Part shown: one piece after another, positions 26,825 to 39,622 of the stretch
Layout of the letters: each line of letters opens with the position of its first letter
Position numbering within the stretch: position 1 is the stretch's first letter
From: Anaeramoeba ignava BMAN
Lineage: Eukaryota; Protista; Anaeramoebae
NCBI GenBank assembly: GCA_028826165.1
Contig: JAPDFW010000053.1
Span: forward strand, 310,001 to 374,000
Direction: 5' to 3'
Length of the DNA: 64,000 nt
Notes under the pieces: generated by a model
Database searches by the model: none
The model's input: only the letters and a program-made list of their open reading frames with translations
Told to the model about the DNA's origin: nothing
Made by a program: the position numbers and the translations under genes

Positions 26825-28910
26825 TCATTGATTTTGAATTTTCCAAGTTGTGATATAATTTTCAATAGAACAAGCAACAGTTTTATCATCAGGATCCCAA
26901 CGAACAAAATTAACAAGATCAGCAATTCCAACTTTAAAAGAAAAAACAAGTTTTGATTTACTAACATTCCAAATTAAAACAGTTCCTTTTGAAGAACCAG
27001 TAATAATATATTGAGAATCAGGTGAAAAAAAAGCTTGAGCTTTATTACTTGCAACTGAAAATCTTTGAGATTTCATTTCGGATAAAATTTTTTCTGCTCT
27101 TACATCTATTATTCTTAATACATTATCAACACTACAAACAAGAAGTTGTGATGCATCTGATGATAATGAAAGTGATGTAATTGAATCTGGTATTAAATCA
27201 GTTAATTCTTTTGTTATTGTTTTCTCTCTTATATCAAACATTCTTATTGTTTTATCAAAATGTCCTGTAAATAACCGATTTTCTTGTAAAACTGCCATTG
27301 AATCACATAAACTTTTATTCATACTTGTATGTAAACATTGATTTGTTTCAATATCAAATATTTTAATTGAATAATCTTGTGAAATTGATGCGACATATTT
27401 TCCAAAATTACAAAATTTTGCATCAAAAACAGAAGCTGAATGACCTGCAAATTTTATCTTTTGTTTTTTTGGATTTTTAATTTAAATTTTTTGATTTTTG
27501 ATTTTTGAATATTTACTCTTTCACGAGATGTTAGAATATCAAATATTCTTACACCTCCTTGTGAATCACTCATAAGAAGTGAAAGATCATCAGTAGAAAA
27601 TTCCAATGAATTAACAGTATATGTTGAACGAGATCCCAAATTAATTTTAGATTTGTGCTAATTCAATTGAATTTTTAAATTTTAATTTGAATTTAGAATT
27701 TTAATTTTAATTTTAATTTGGATTAAATAAAAATATTTACAGCTCCGGTTTTTGGATCCCAAAGACTTATTAATTGGTCAAAAGCACCTGATGCAATTAT
27801 ATTTCCTGATGAATTATAACAAATTGATGTAATAACTTCTTCATGTGCTTTCTGTTTCAAAAAAAAAGAATGAAATTTTCAATTTATATTTTATATTTTA
27901 TATTTTATATTTAAAATTGAAAAAAAGAAAAACTTACAAACTGTAATTTATTAGAAAATTTTTTCCCGCTATTTAAAATAATTATTCAAATAAATCATTA
28001 AAGTCAAATTAAATAAGAAAAAAATTCTTACCGAGAAACAGGTTGAATAAAACGTTTTTGATGAGGAGTTGGTTCAGAATTGATTCCAGAAACTTGATTA
28101 TTATTATTATTATTGTTATTATTGTTATTATTGTTATTTTGATATAAAGATTTTTCAATAAAAGAAGTTGGAGTTGTTTGATTTAATTTTGATTTGGATT
28201 TTGATTTTGATTTTAGATTTTGATTTTGATTTAGATTTAGATTTGGATTTTGAATTTTCATTTGTTTGTTCAGATAGTAAATTATTAATCCTATTCAGTT
28301 CATCAGCTTGCATTTGATTCAGTTTGAGTTTAAGTTCTGTCAATCTTTCTTGCTCTTTTTTCTCTTGAAAAATTCTTTCAGCAAGATTAAGAAATTCTTC
28401 TTGTTTAAATTTCAATTCATTTTCAAACACATCAACATCTTGTTTTTTCTTTGTGATTAAAGTCTCTAAATCATTGCATTTGCTTGCATAACCAACTATC
28501 ATATCCTTAAGCTTAACATTTTGTTGCTGGAGAACATCAATATTGTTCTCATTTTTTTTAATTAATTCCATAATATTGAGTAATGAGCGCATATTTTCAA
28601 TTTCTTTATCGGAAATGAGAATAAGTTGACTCTTTTTCTCGGCAATATCTTGTTCTAGTTTTTGTTTCTCTAAATGATCTGATCCTCCACTCTGAATAAT
28701 TATATTAAGAGAATTGATTTTTTCATTATATTGTTGATTTTCTACTTTATGTTGTTCATATTCTTTTTGTAAATTTTCATTTTGATTTTCAATAATTTCA
28801 TTTTCTTCTTGAATTTCTTTAAGTGATGTTATTAATTTTTTAAATTGTAATTCCTCTGAATTTCGATTGAAAAGTTGTAAAAGAATTTGTTTTTGTTGTT
28901 CTTGAGTCAT
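26825..28910 (-). CDS. ATG16: ATG16L/TipD-like autophagy protein (N-terminal helix, coiled coil, WD40); 5 exons; 1-nt frameshift at ~28211
   Basis: N-terminal ILLQLFNRNSEELQFKKLI, then a long coiled coil ending MQADELNRIN, then WD40 repeats (AHEEVITSICYNSSGNIIASGAFD, GHSASV, TGHFDKTIRMFD, AFFSPDSQYIITGS). GT-AG introns were checked in phase. Confidence 0.82.
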
Positions 28911-29013
28911 AAAATAAACATAAAAAAAATAAAAAGAGAAGAAAAAAAATGATTTTCATTTTTTTCATTTTTTTTCTTTTTTAAAATTAAAATAATTAAA
29001 ATAATTCTTAGAA

Positions 29014-31205
29014 ATGGATTGTTCTAAATTTAAACAAAAAATTAATAGTCTTTTAATTGAGGTTTCATTTTTAAAAAAAAAATAATAATTTAAAATTTCC
29101 TTTTAAAAAAATTTCATTTAAAAAATTTAAAAATAAAAATAAAAATAAGATTCTTGAAACAGAAAAACGTTATGTTGAAATTTTAGGCATTTTAAAAAAT
29201 GTATCAAATACCAAAAAAAAAAATAAATCAAAAGAGGAAAAAAAATCATTTCGGTTTTGATTTTTATTATTTTTATTTTTTGGGAAATTGATTTTTTTAT
29301 TTATTAAAGTTATTTATTGATCCACTTCGAGATGTTGTTGAAACTCCTAATGAAATTTTATCACAAGAACAAATAAAATTACTTTTTTCAGATATTGAAA
29401 TTATTCTCAATTATCATCAACAATTATTACAAGAACTTATTCCTGATTTCAATGATAATCAAGGAAAAAATATTGGAAAAATTTATTATAAACATGTATT
29501 AAAAACATCAACAAAATTTATAAATATTTAATTTTGATCTTGATCTTTGATTAATTTCTTAGATTTCTGGATGGAGTGCTTATGTTTCTTTTGTTAATTC
29601 TTTTTCATCAAAAATGTTTTTACTTAAAGATTTAAAGAAAATTTCTAAATTTCATAACTTTTTATTAGTAAAACAAATTTATTTTATAAAAAAAATTTTT
29701 TAAATTATTTTTTATTGATCGATTTGCAAATATTTATAGTTTATTGAAAGTGATCGAAGATGTGAAAAAAGAATTATTAATGATTTTATGTCTCATCCTT
29801 TACAAAGAATTGGTCATATGAAAATACTTTTTCAAGTGGATAATTAATTTAAAATCAATATTAAAATTAAAATTAAAATTAAAATTAAAATTAAAATTTA
29901 AATTAAAATTAAAATTATAATTTAAAATCAATATTAAAATTAAAATTAAAATTAAAATTAAAATCAAAATCAAAATCGGATAAAAATTTAAAATTAAAAT
30001 TTAAATCAAAATTAAAATTAAAATCTAAAATTAAAATTTAAATCAAAATTAAAATTAAAATTAAAATCAAAATCAAAATCGGATAAAAATTTAAAATTAA
30101 AATTAAAATCAAAACTAAAAAATGAATATAGAATTTAGTTCTTAATTATAAACAAATTAATGAAATGCCAAATTTTTTAATGGAAGGATATAACAAATTA
30201 TCGAAATTAGCTGATACAATTAATGAAAAACAAAGAGAATCAGAAAATTTAAATCGAATTTTTGAAATCAATTCAAATATTTATGGAATACCAAATTATA
30301 TTGATTTTGTAAATCATCAATCAAATAATCAAAAAAATAAAAAGATTAAAATAATCATTTCTTTAATTATTTCTTATAGAATTTACTTGAATCTCATCGG
30401 AGATTAATTTATGAAGAAGAAGTTGTGCAAAGATCACAAAAACACAAAAAAAAGAAAAAATTGATTGTTATGTTTTTATTTAATGATTTTCTTTTAATCA
30501 CAAGAACTAAAAAAAATGGATCAAAATCAAGATATCAATTTGCAAATTTACTTCCACTTCTTCAAATTAGAACCAAAAAAATCAAAACTATTTTTGAAGG
30601 TATTAAAATGAATAAATCAATAAATGAATGAATAACTTAATCAAAATCAAAATCAATCAAAATCAATCAAAATCAAAATTCAAGAAAATTCAATTTCTTT
30701 CACTATTAAAGCAGAATCAGTTAAAAAATATATTCAAGTCGAAACAAGAGCTCAAAGAAAAAAATGGATAACTCACATTTTAAAAGCACAAGAAAATTTA
30801 AGATCAAAAACACTTACACGTTTTAATAGAGAAAAAACAAATTTAAAAAATGAGAAAATGAAAAAAATGCTTTCAGAAGCATATCTTTCACCTTTTAAAG
30901 AAAATCAAAATCAAAATCAAAATCAATTTGAAAATCAAAATCAAAATCAAAATCAAAATCAAAATCAAAATCAAAATCAATTTGAAAATCAAAATCAAAA
31001 TCAAAATGAAAATCAAAATCAAAATCAAAATCAAAATCAAAATCAATTTGAAAATAAAAAAAAACCTCATAGAGCATTTTCACAATTAAGAAATTCAAAT
31101 TCTTTCTATTTTGCAAAACTAAATATTGCTCCAAAACTTTCTCCTCGTCAAATTTTGAAAAAGGAAAAGGTCAAAGAAACCAAGATAAATGAAATTAAAA
31201 AATGA
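29014..31205 (+). CDS. Dbl-family RhoGEF (DH-PH), 8 exons
   Basis: The hand-spliced product has EILETEKRYV, LFSDIEIILNYHQQLL, PLQRIGHMKILF and INEKQRESEN. The PH part has RRLIYEE..MFLFNDFLLIT..KKWITHI. All seven introns are GT-AG and in phase. Confidence 0.9.
29860..30120 (+). repeat. Intronic (AAAATT/AAAATC)n microsatellite with ATCGGATAAAAATTT motifs
   Basis: Lies within intron 29836-30131. Confidence 0.9.
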
Positions 31206-31252
31206 AAGAAAATGAAAATGAAAAAGAAAAAAGAAAAAAATGAAAAAAAAAA

Positions 31253-33025
31253 TTAATTTTGATTATTAAATTTGTTAATTAATAAATCAAATAAATTTGG
31301 ATATGTTTCATTTAATTGAAAATAATCAATTCCAAATTTGAATTTCATCAATTATTTCTTGTGTAATTTCAATTTCATCTTTAATTTGATTTGAATAAAT
31401 CCAATATTCAAATAATTTGAAATGATTTATTACTTAATTCACTATAATCTGTAACTTTATTAGATTTATCTTCAGTTACAGATAAAAACATTCCTCGATA
31501 TAATTCACTTCTCATTATTAATATTAATTTTGGAAATTTATATTTCTTTTCTTTTCTTTCAATAATAAAATCTTTTTCATTTTCATTTTCATTTAAATAA
31601 ATTTTTTTCATTGTTTCTTCAATTTTTTCATTGGAATTTATAATTTCTTTAATTTCATAATATAATTTTGGATTTATTATTCTATTTGAATAAATCATTT
31701 CAAATATTTGATTTGATTCTTTAATTGGTTTTTTTGAAATAATTTCTTGAAGTTTTTCAATTTCATTTTGATTTTCATTTAATCTATATTTCAATATTAA
31801 TTTATGAACTTCAATTATTTCTCCATTTTTGGTTTTAAATGAAATATCACAAAATTCTTTTCTTCTAAATAGTTTTATCAAATCTTCTTCAAGATTGGAA
31901 AGAAAAGGAGGAGAATAATAAAGAAATGAATTATTCCAATATCCACAAAGAATATGATAATTAGAAATATTTTCATTAAATCTTAATTCAGGAAATTCAA
32001 TTTGAATTGGAATTAATTGATTTTTTCTATCTCCAGTTCCTAATTGGCCAGATTCATTTAAACCAAATCCAATTAATTTCCCTTTGGATGTTAAAATCAA
32101 AGTATGCTTAAATGTAACAGAAATTTCAAGAATATTATCATCATTTTCAAATAAAGATGATATGATTTCAGTAAATTCATAAGTATTTTGAGTTTTGGCC
32201 AAGTCTATTCCATTTATAATATCCACATGAATAAAGTTTTCTTTTTGGATTTTCATCTTCAATCAATATTATTGTATGATAATTTCCACATTGAATATCA
32301 ATTATTTTGCTTTTTGGAATATTTTGGATTTTGGTTAATTTTTGGATATTTCTTTCTTCTTTTCTTGATTCTCCTAATCCAATTTGACCATAATAATTAT
32401 ATCCGCATCCAAATAATTCTTGATTTGAATTTAAAAGAAAAACACAATTTGAACAATTTCCTGAAAATATTTTAGAAACATTTTTCATCATTAAAATTGG
32501 TTTTTCTGTTTTTTGAAGTTTTTCAGAATCAAAACCAAGTTGGTAATCATAGTTTGCACCAAATCCATAAACATTTTGATTTGAAGTTAATAAGTAAATT
32601 GAATTCCAACCAGAAACAATATCTTCAATTATTCTATCATTTTTATCTTCAATTAATGATGAAATATTGATAAATTCTTTTGGATTATTTGGATTAATAA
32701 TGCTTCCTTTGGCAAATACATTTCCTTCTTTTGTTAAAATAGCTACATTATCATCACCAACAGTTACTTTTTGAATATTTTCTTCAATTTGGATTTTTTC
32801 AGGATATTGATTTGAATATTTTGCATATTCTATTGCTTTGCCATTTTCAAAAAGGAAAATTGTTGAAAATTGACTTGATGAAATTTGTTTAATTTGTTTT
32901 TCATTTTCATTTTCATTTTCATTTTCATTTTTAAATTTAAATGGAATTGGTTTTGTTATTTCATCTGGTTCATTTTTGAAAAGTTTCATATCTTTATTGT
33001 AACCAAAAAATAAACAATCATTCAT
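31253..33025 (-). pseudogene. RCC1-repeat + BTB protein, copy 1, with three apparent frameshifts (~32190, ~31415, ~31340); pseudogene or assembly errors
   Basis: Collinear with the intact paralogues at 39.6-45.3 kb. Single-base indels break the frame, and the terminal FDLLINKFNNQN* is preserved. Confidence 0.7.
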
Positions 33026-33110
33026 TGTCTTTTTTTATTTTTAATTTTTTAATTTTTTTGAAAAGAAAAAAATGAAAAAAAAAATTTTTGATTTTGATTT
33101 GTGTTTTTGG

Positions 33111-33141
33111 TTTTTAAATTTGTTAATTAATAAATCAAATA
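33111..33141. repeat. 31-bp direct repeat, identical to 39627-39657 (RCC1-BTB 3' terminus)
   Basis: tttttaaatttgttaattaataaatcaaata is present at both sites. It encodes FDLLINKFK on the minus strand. Confidence 0.9.
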
Positions 33142-36100
33142 TCCAAATCTGCTTGTAATTCTCTTTCATAATCATCATCATTTTTTCTGGAATTTCTTTT
33201 TGATTTTTGTGATCTTCTGAATAAAGCATAAAGAACAATAAAAGTTGAAATGGCAAGAATAGGTACGATAATTCCAACAATTATGGCAGTTGTTTGTGAA
33301 GAATCATTATTGGATTCAGTTGGACTCAAAATTCTTATTGAAGTTGTTGAATTAATTCCTGAATAATCATTAAATGAACAATTTGAATCAGCTGATGAAT
33401 AAATTGAAATTTGGTAATTTTCTCCTCCAATTAATCCTGAAATTGAGTAATTTGTTTTTGAAGGTAATAAACAAACTGATTTTGAATTATAGGTTAATGA
33501 ATATGCTTCTAATCCTGTTGATAAAGTTAATGGATCCCAAGTACAATTAAATCCATAAAGTGTTGGAATACAATCAAATGAAGTAATATTTCCTAATTTA
33601 GCTTTTATTGAAACTGTTTCACTAATTGCTCCTAAATATTGACTTTCACAACTTGAATCAGAGCATCCTCTTACTGAAACTTGATATTGAACATTTCCTG
33701 ATAATCCACTTATTGTTCCAATTACTTCATTTCCACTTAAATTAATTGATGTGAAATCTTTCCAGTTAACTCCATTATTATCTGAATATATATATTTACT
33801 TGCTTGTGTTAATTTTGTAAAATTCAATTCAACTTCTTCTATTTTGGAAATTGATCCATAAATTGTTGGAGCTTCAAGTATGGTTATTATTGAAGTTGTT
33901 GAATTAATTCCTGAATAATCATTAAATGAACAATTTGAATCAGCTGATGAATAAATTGAAATTTGATAAATTTCTCCTCCAATTAATCCTGAAATTGAAT
34001 AATTTGTTTTTGAAGGTAATAAACAAATTGAAGTTGAATTATAGGTTAATGAATATGCTTCTAATCCTGTTGATAATAATAATGGATCCCAAGTACAATT
34101 AAATCCACAAATTGTTGGAATACAATTAAATGAAGTAATATTTCCTAATTTAGCTTTTATTGAAACTGTTTCACTAATTGCTCCTAAATATTGACTTTCA
34201 CAACTTGAATCAGTACATCCTCTTACTGAAACTTGATATTGAACATTTCCTGATAATCCACTTATTGTTCCAATTACTTCATTTCCAATTAAGTTAATTG
34301 ATGTAAAATTTTTCCAGTTAACTCCATTATTATCTGAATATATATATTTACTTGCTTGTTCTAATTTTGTAAAATTCAATTCAACTTCTTCTATTTTGGA
34401 AATTGATCCATAAATTGTTGGAGCTTCAAGTATGGTTATTATTGAAGTTGTTGAATTAATTCCTGAATAATCATTAAATGAACAATTTGAATCAGCTGAT
34501 GAATAAATTGAAATTTGATAATTTTCTCCTCCAATTAATCCTGAAATTGAATAATTTGTTTTTGAAGGTAATAAACAAACTGAAGTTGAATTATAGGTTA
34601 ATGAATATGCTTCTAATCCTGTTGATAAAGTTAATGAATCCCAAGTACAATTAAATCCACAAATTGTTGGAATACAATTAAATGAAGTAATATTTCCTAA
34701 TTTAGCTTTTATTGAAACTGTTTCACTAATTAATCCTAAATATTGACTTTCACAACTTGAATCAGTACATCCTCTTACTGAAACTTGATATTGAACATTT
34801 CCTGATAATCCACTTATTGTTCCAATTACTTCATTTCCAATTAAGTTAATTGATGTGAAATTTTTCCAATTAACTCCATTATTATCTGAATATATATATT
34901 TACTTGCTTGTGTTAATTTTGTAAAATTTAATTCAACTTCTTCTATTTTGGAAATTGATCCATAAATTGTTGGAGCAGGTAATTTATCAGTTGTAATTGA
35001 AGTTGTTGAATTAATTCCTGAATAATCATTAAATGAACAATTTGAATCAGCTGATGAATAAATTGAAATTTGATAAATTTCTCCTCCAATTAATCCTGAA
35101 ATTGAATAATTTGTTTTTGAAGGTAATAAACAAACTGAAGTTGAATTATAGGTTAATGAATATGCTTCTAATCCTGTTGATAAAGTTAATGAATCCCAAG
35201 TACAATTAAATCCACAAATTGTTGGAATACAATTAAATGAAGTAATATTTCCTAATTTAGCTTTTATTGAAACTGTTTCACTAATTAATCCTAAATATTG
35301 ACTTTCACAATTTGAATCAGTACATCCTCTTACTGAAACTTGATATTGAACATTTCCTGATAATCCACTTATTGTTCCAATTACTTCATTTCCACTTAAG
35401 TTAATTGATGTAAAATTTTTCCAATTAACTCCATTATTATCTGAATATATATATTTACTTGCTTGTTCTAATTTTGTAAAATTCAATTCAACTTCTTCTA
35501 TTTTGGAAATTGATCCATAAATTGTTGGAGCTTCAAGATTTGGGACAAATATTAACTTTGTTGAATTAATTCCTGAATAATCATTAAATGAACAATTTGA
35601 ATCAGCTGATGAATAAATTGAAATTTGATAATTTTCTCCTCCAATTAATCCTGAAATTGAATAATTTGTTTTTGAAGGTAATAAACAAACTGAAGTTGAA
35701 TTATAGGTTAATGAATATGCTTCTAATCCTGTTGATAATAATAATGGATCCCAAGTACAATTAAATCCACAAACTGTTGGAATACAATTAAATGAAGTAA
35801 TATTTCCTAATTTAGCTTTTATTGAAACTGTTTCACTAATTGCTCCTAAATATTGACTTTCACAACTTGAATCAGAGCATCCTCTTACTGAAACTTGATA
35901 TTGAACATTTCCTGATAATCCACTTATTGTTCCAATTACTTCATTTCCACTTAAGTTAATTGATGTAAAATTTTTCCAATTAACTCCATTATTATCTGAA
36001 TATATATATTTACTTGCTTGTGTTAATTTTGTAAAATTTAATTCAACTTCTTCTATTTTGGAAATTGATCCATAAATTGTTGGAGCTTCAAGTATGGTTA

Positions 36101-39087
36101 TTATTGAAGTTGTTGAATTAATTCCTGAATAATCATTAAATGAACAATTTGAATCAGCTGATGAATAAATTGAAATTTGATAATTTTCTCCTCCAATTAA
36201 TCCTGAAATTGAATAATTTGTTTTTGAAGGTAATAAACAAACTGAAGTTGAATTATAAGTTAATGAATATGCTTCTAATCCTGTTGATAAAGTTAATGGA
36301 TCCCAAGTACAATTAAATCCACAAATTGTTGGAATACAATTAAATGAAGTAATATTTCCTAATTTAGCTTTTATTGAAACTGTTTCACTAATTAATCCTA
36401 AATATTGATTTTCACAACTTGAATCAGTACATCCTCTTACTGAAACTTGATATTGAACATTTCCTGATAATCCACTTATTGTTCCAATTACTTCATTTCC
36501 ACTTAAGTTAATTGATGTGAAATCTTTCCAGTTAACTCCATTATTATCTGAATATATATATTTACTTGCTTGTTCTAATTTTGTAAAATTCAATTCAACT
36601 TCTTCTATTTTGGGAAATTGATCCATAAATTGTTGGAGCAGGTAATTTATCAGTTGTAATTGAGGTTGTTGAATTAATTCCTGAATAATCACTAAATGAA
36701 CAATTTGAATCAGCTGATGAATAAATTGAAATTTGATAATTTTCTCCTCCAATTAATCCTGAAATTGAATAATTTGTTTTTGAAGGTAATAAACAAATTG
36801 AAGTTGAATTATAATTTAATGAATATGCTTCTAATCCTGTTGATAAAGTTAATGGATCCCAAGTACAATTAAATCCACAAATTGTTGGAATACAATCAAA
36901 TGAAGTAATATTTCCTAATTTAGCTTTTATTGAAACTGTTTCACTAATTAATCCTAAATATTGATTTTCACAACTTGAATCAAAGCAAGCTCTTACTGAA
37001 ACTTGATATTGAACATTTCCTGATAATCCACTTATTGTTCCAATTACTTCATTTCCAATTAAGTTAATTGATGTGAAATCTTTCCAGTTAACTCCATTAT
37101 TATCTGAATATATATATTTATTTGCTTGTGCTAATTTTGTAAAATTCAATTCAACTTCTTCTATTTTGGGAATTGATCCATAAATTGTTGGAGCAGGTAA
37201 TTTATCAGTTGTAATTGAAGTTGCCACGCTATACACACAGACATTATCTGAATCGCATACTGAAACAGAAACTTGGTATTCTTGGTTTGGAAATTGAGCT
37301 GTAAATTCGACATTTGTCGATAATGGATGAGTATTACCAGAATCATCCTGAGAACTTGTATCGTAACTAAAATTATAATAGTTTGGAGATTGAGAACATC
37401 CAGGATCATTCCAAGAACACGAAACATTGAAAACATTTGAAACAGAGCAATGAAGAGATGAAACGGGACCAAAAAGTGTTGTGATAGCTGAATGTGCGGC
37501 TTCTCCTTGATCATCACCTTCGCACAAAGGGGTTCTACATGACCACATGGAAACCTGATAAAAAGCTTTGCAAACAAGATTATCCAAAGTATCGAAATTT
37601 GAAGAATTACTCACTGTAACATTTGTTGGCGTATCGGATACCTTGAAATAGGAAATAACATAATGATCAAGATGAGGAATTTCGTTGTCCATTTTGACAT
37701 TGGGAGGATCAAAGGAAACATCTATAGAATCATTTGTTGGATTTGTTAAATTGAAATTTTTCACTGAATCAATTCTTGTTGTTAAATTGAAAATTTGTGA
37801 TTGGTTCCCGCATGTTTGTGTCAAAGGATCGCAAGCTCTAATTGAAATGGAATAAAAATCATTTCCTGTTATATTCACATAAAGAGAAGAGTTGAAGATT
37901 TGGTTAAAAACATTGCCATCGAAAATTGGAGATTGAATTGAAATGAAGTCAACTCCGTAGTTGATTTGGTAATCAAGAGATGTAGGAAATTCAACTTGCT
38001 CCCAAAAACACTGGAAGGATGAGAACAAAGAAGTACAATTAATAAGAGTAACTGGTGATGGAACAAGAGTAGAAAGAAAAACAAATGCTTCATTTGAACC
38101 AGGAGCTCCTGAAATAATAGTGCTTTGGTCTTCTGAAATGGAAATGCTTGAACCAAAACTGGGAGGTGATTCTGATAGTGTTTTTTCAAGATCCCAGTCA
38201 TTTACATTAAATCGATAAACAAACACTTCAGATGATCCATTCGTTCCAATTACCGTTACATTGCTTGAAATCGCAACAGTTGTTCCGAATTGATCACCAG
38301 ATCCAGTCAATTGTTTTTGAATACTCCAACCAACTAAATCAACGTAATTATAAATATAAACAGTGTTTTCTCCTGGTGCCCCCACAACAATATTTTCTGA
38401 AACTGCCACACTTGATCCATAACCCGTAGTTGATTCTTGGAGATTTTGTTCCAAAGTCCAAGAGCCTGCATTAAACCGATAAACAAAGATTTGACCTTGA
38501 GCTTTTGCAGAAATAGCAATCAAATCCTTAGAAATGGAAACACATGATCCAAAAGAAGAAGAAGGTGGGCCAATTAAAGCTGGAAGAGCATCCCATCCTG
38601 ATCCATTAAAATGAAAAACAAGAGCTCGATTTGTAATATCAGAACCAATAACCGTGAAATTATCCGAAATTGAAACACTCACTCCAAAATTGGGAGGTCC
38701 ACCAAATTGTTGATTAAGATCCCAATAAGATCCATTGAATTTGAAAACAAATGATTGATTCGATATAGGTGCGCCAATAACAATGAAATTTCCCGAAATT
38801 GAAACACTTGATCCAAAACCTTGTGGCCCAGTCAAAGCTTGAAGGAAAACAAAGTTTGTTCCATTGTTTTCAAAAATCCCAACTGTATTTTCTACAGGAT
38901 CTCCAATAACACAAAAGTTTTCACTAGTTGAAACACTTGAGGCAAAAATACCTGCTGTGGCTTCTGGAGTTAATGTATCAGTTAATCTCCATGTTATTGT
39001 TGGACTTAATGTAAAAATAGTTGAAGTTGAAAAAATTTGATTGATTAAAACAAAAAAAGCAATAAGAAGAAAGACTTTTTTTTGCAT
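33135..39087 (-). CDS. Type I surface receptor/adhesin: signal peptide, FG-GAP beta-propeller, ~17 FN3-like domains, TM, short tail (~1980 aa; 1-nt frameshift at ~36613)
   Basis: FG-GAP repeats such as FGSSVSISGNFIVIGAP and YGSSVAVSENIVVGAPG. FN3 signatures LSGNVQYQVSVRG and LIGGENYQISIYS. TM AIIVGIIVPILAISTFIVLYALF followed by RR. Confidence 0.88.
33340..37200 (-). repeat. Seven near-identical ~555-bp coding tandem repeats (each two FN3-like domains)
   Basis: Unit starts (PTIYGSI.KIEEV) fall at about 37190, 36635, 36080, 35525, 34970, 34420 and 33865. Confidence 0.92.
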
Positions 39088-39622
39088 TTTTTTTTTGACT
39101 ATTGAAGTTAAACAAAAACAAAATTTTTAATTAAAATTTTAAAAAAGAAAGTTTATTTTTTTTTCTTACTTTTTTTTTAAAGAGAGGGGATAAATTTGAA
39201 TAAAAAAAAAATAATGAAATTAAAAAATGAAATTAAAAAATGAAATTAAAAATTCTTGTTTAATTTATTTTGTTTTTAAGTTTGTGATCAAAAAAAAAAA
39301 AAAAAGAAAAAAAAAAATTTTTGATAAAAGAGAATTTACCCCCAAACCTTTCTTTTTATTTTAAATTGTTTTTAAATTGTTTTTAAAATAATTTATTTTC
39401 AAAGTTTCTTTTATTTGCTTTTTTTGTTTTTGTTTTCTTTTAAGGATTATTTCTCAACTCAAATTTCTCAAATCAAATTAACTTGAATTTCTTCTTTTAA
39501 TTTTAATTTTAATTTTAATTTTTATTTTAATTTTAATTTTAATTTTAATTTTAATTTTAATTTTAATTTTGATTTTAATTTTGATTTTAATTTTAATTTT
39601 AATTTTAATTTTGATTTTAATT

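Noticed and set aside
25946-26967. Long ORFs encoding poly-FK/LN/EF
   Set aside because: These are stop-free translations of a hexamer microsatellite. The same applies to the poly-IK/IL/KS ORFs at 8313, 14154, 59899, 60378 and 60911.
33135-33240. Integrin alpha GFFKR motif and a functional link to the talin-like RasGEF
   Set aside because: ALFRR is only a generic stop-transfer sequence, and the RasGEF lacks the integrin-binding F3 subdomain.
24360-36620. Programmed ribosomal frameshifting at the ORF breaks (~24370, ~28211, ~36613 and within RCC1 copy 1)
   Set aside because: The breaks are 1-nt indels, mostly in homopolymers or microsatellites. The 36613 site (gggaaa) is a hybrid of two repeat variants (ggaaa and gggaa), which is typical of consensus errors.
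33340-37200. CRISPR-like or transposon array
   Set aside because: The units are contiguous in-frame coding repeats with no unique spacers, and there are no cas or transposase genes.
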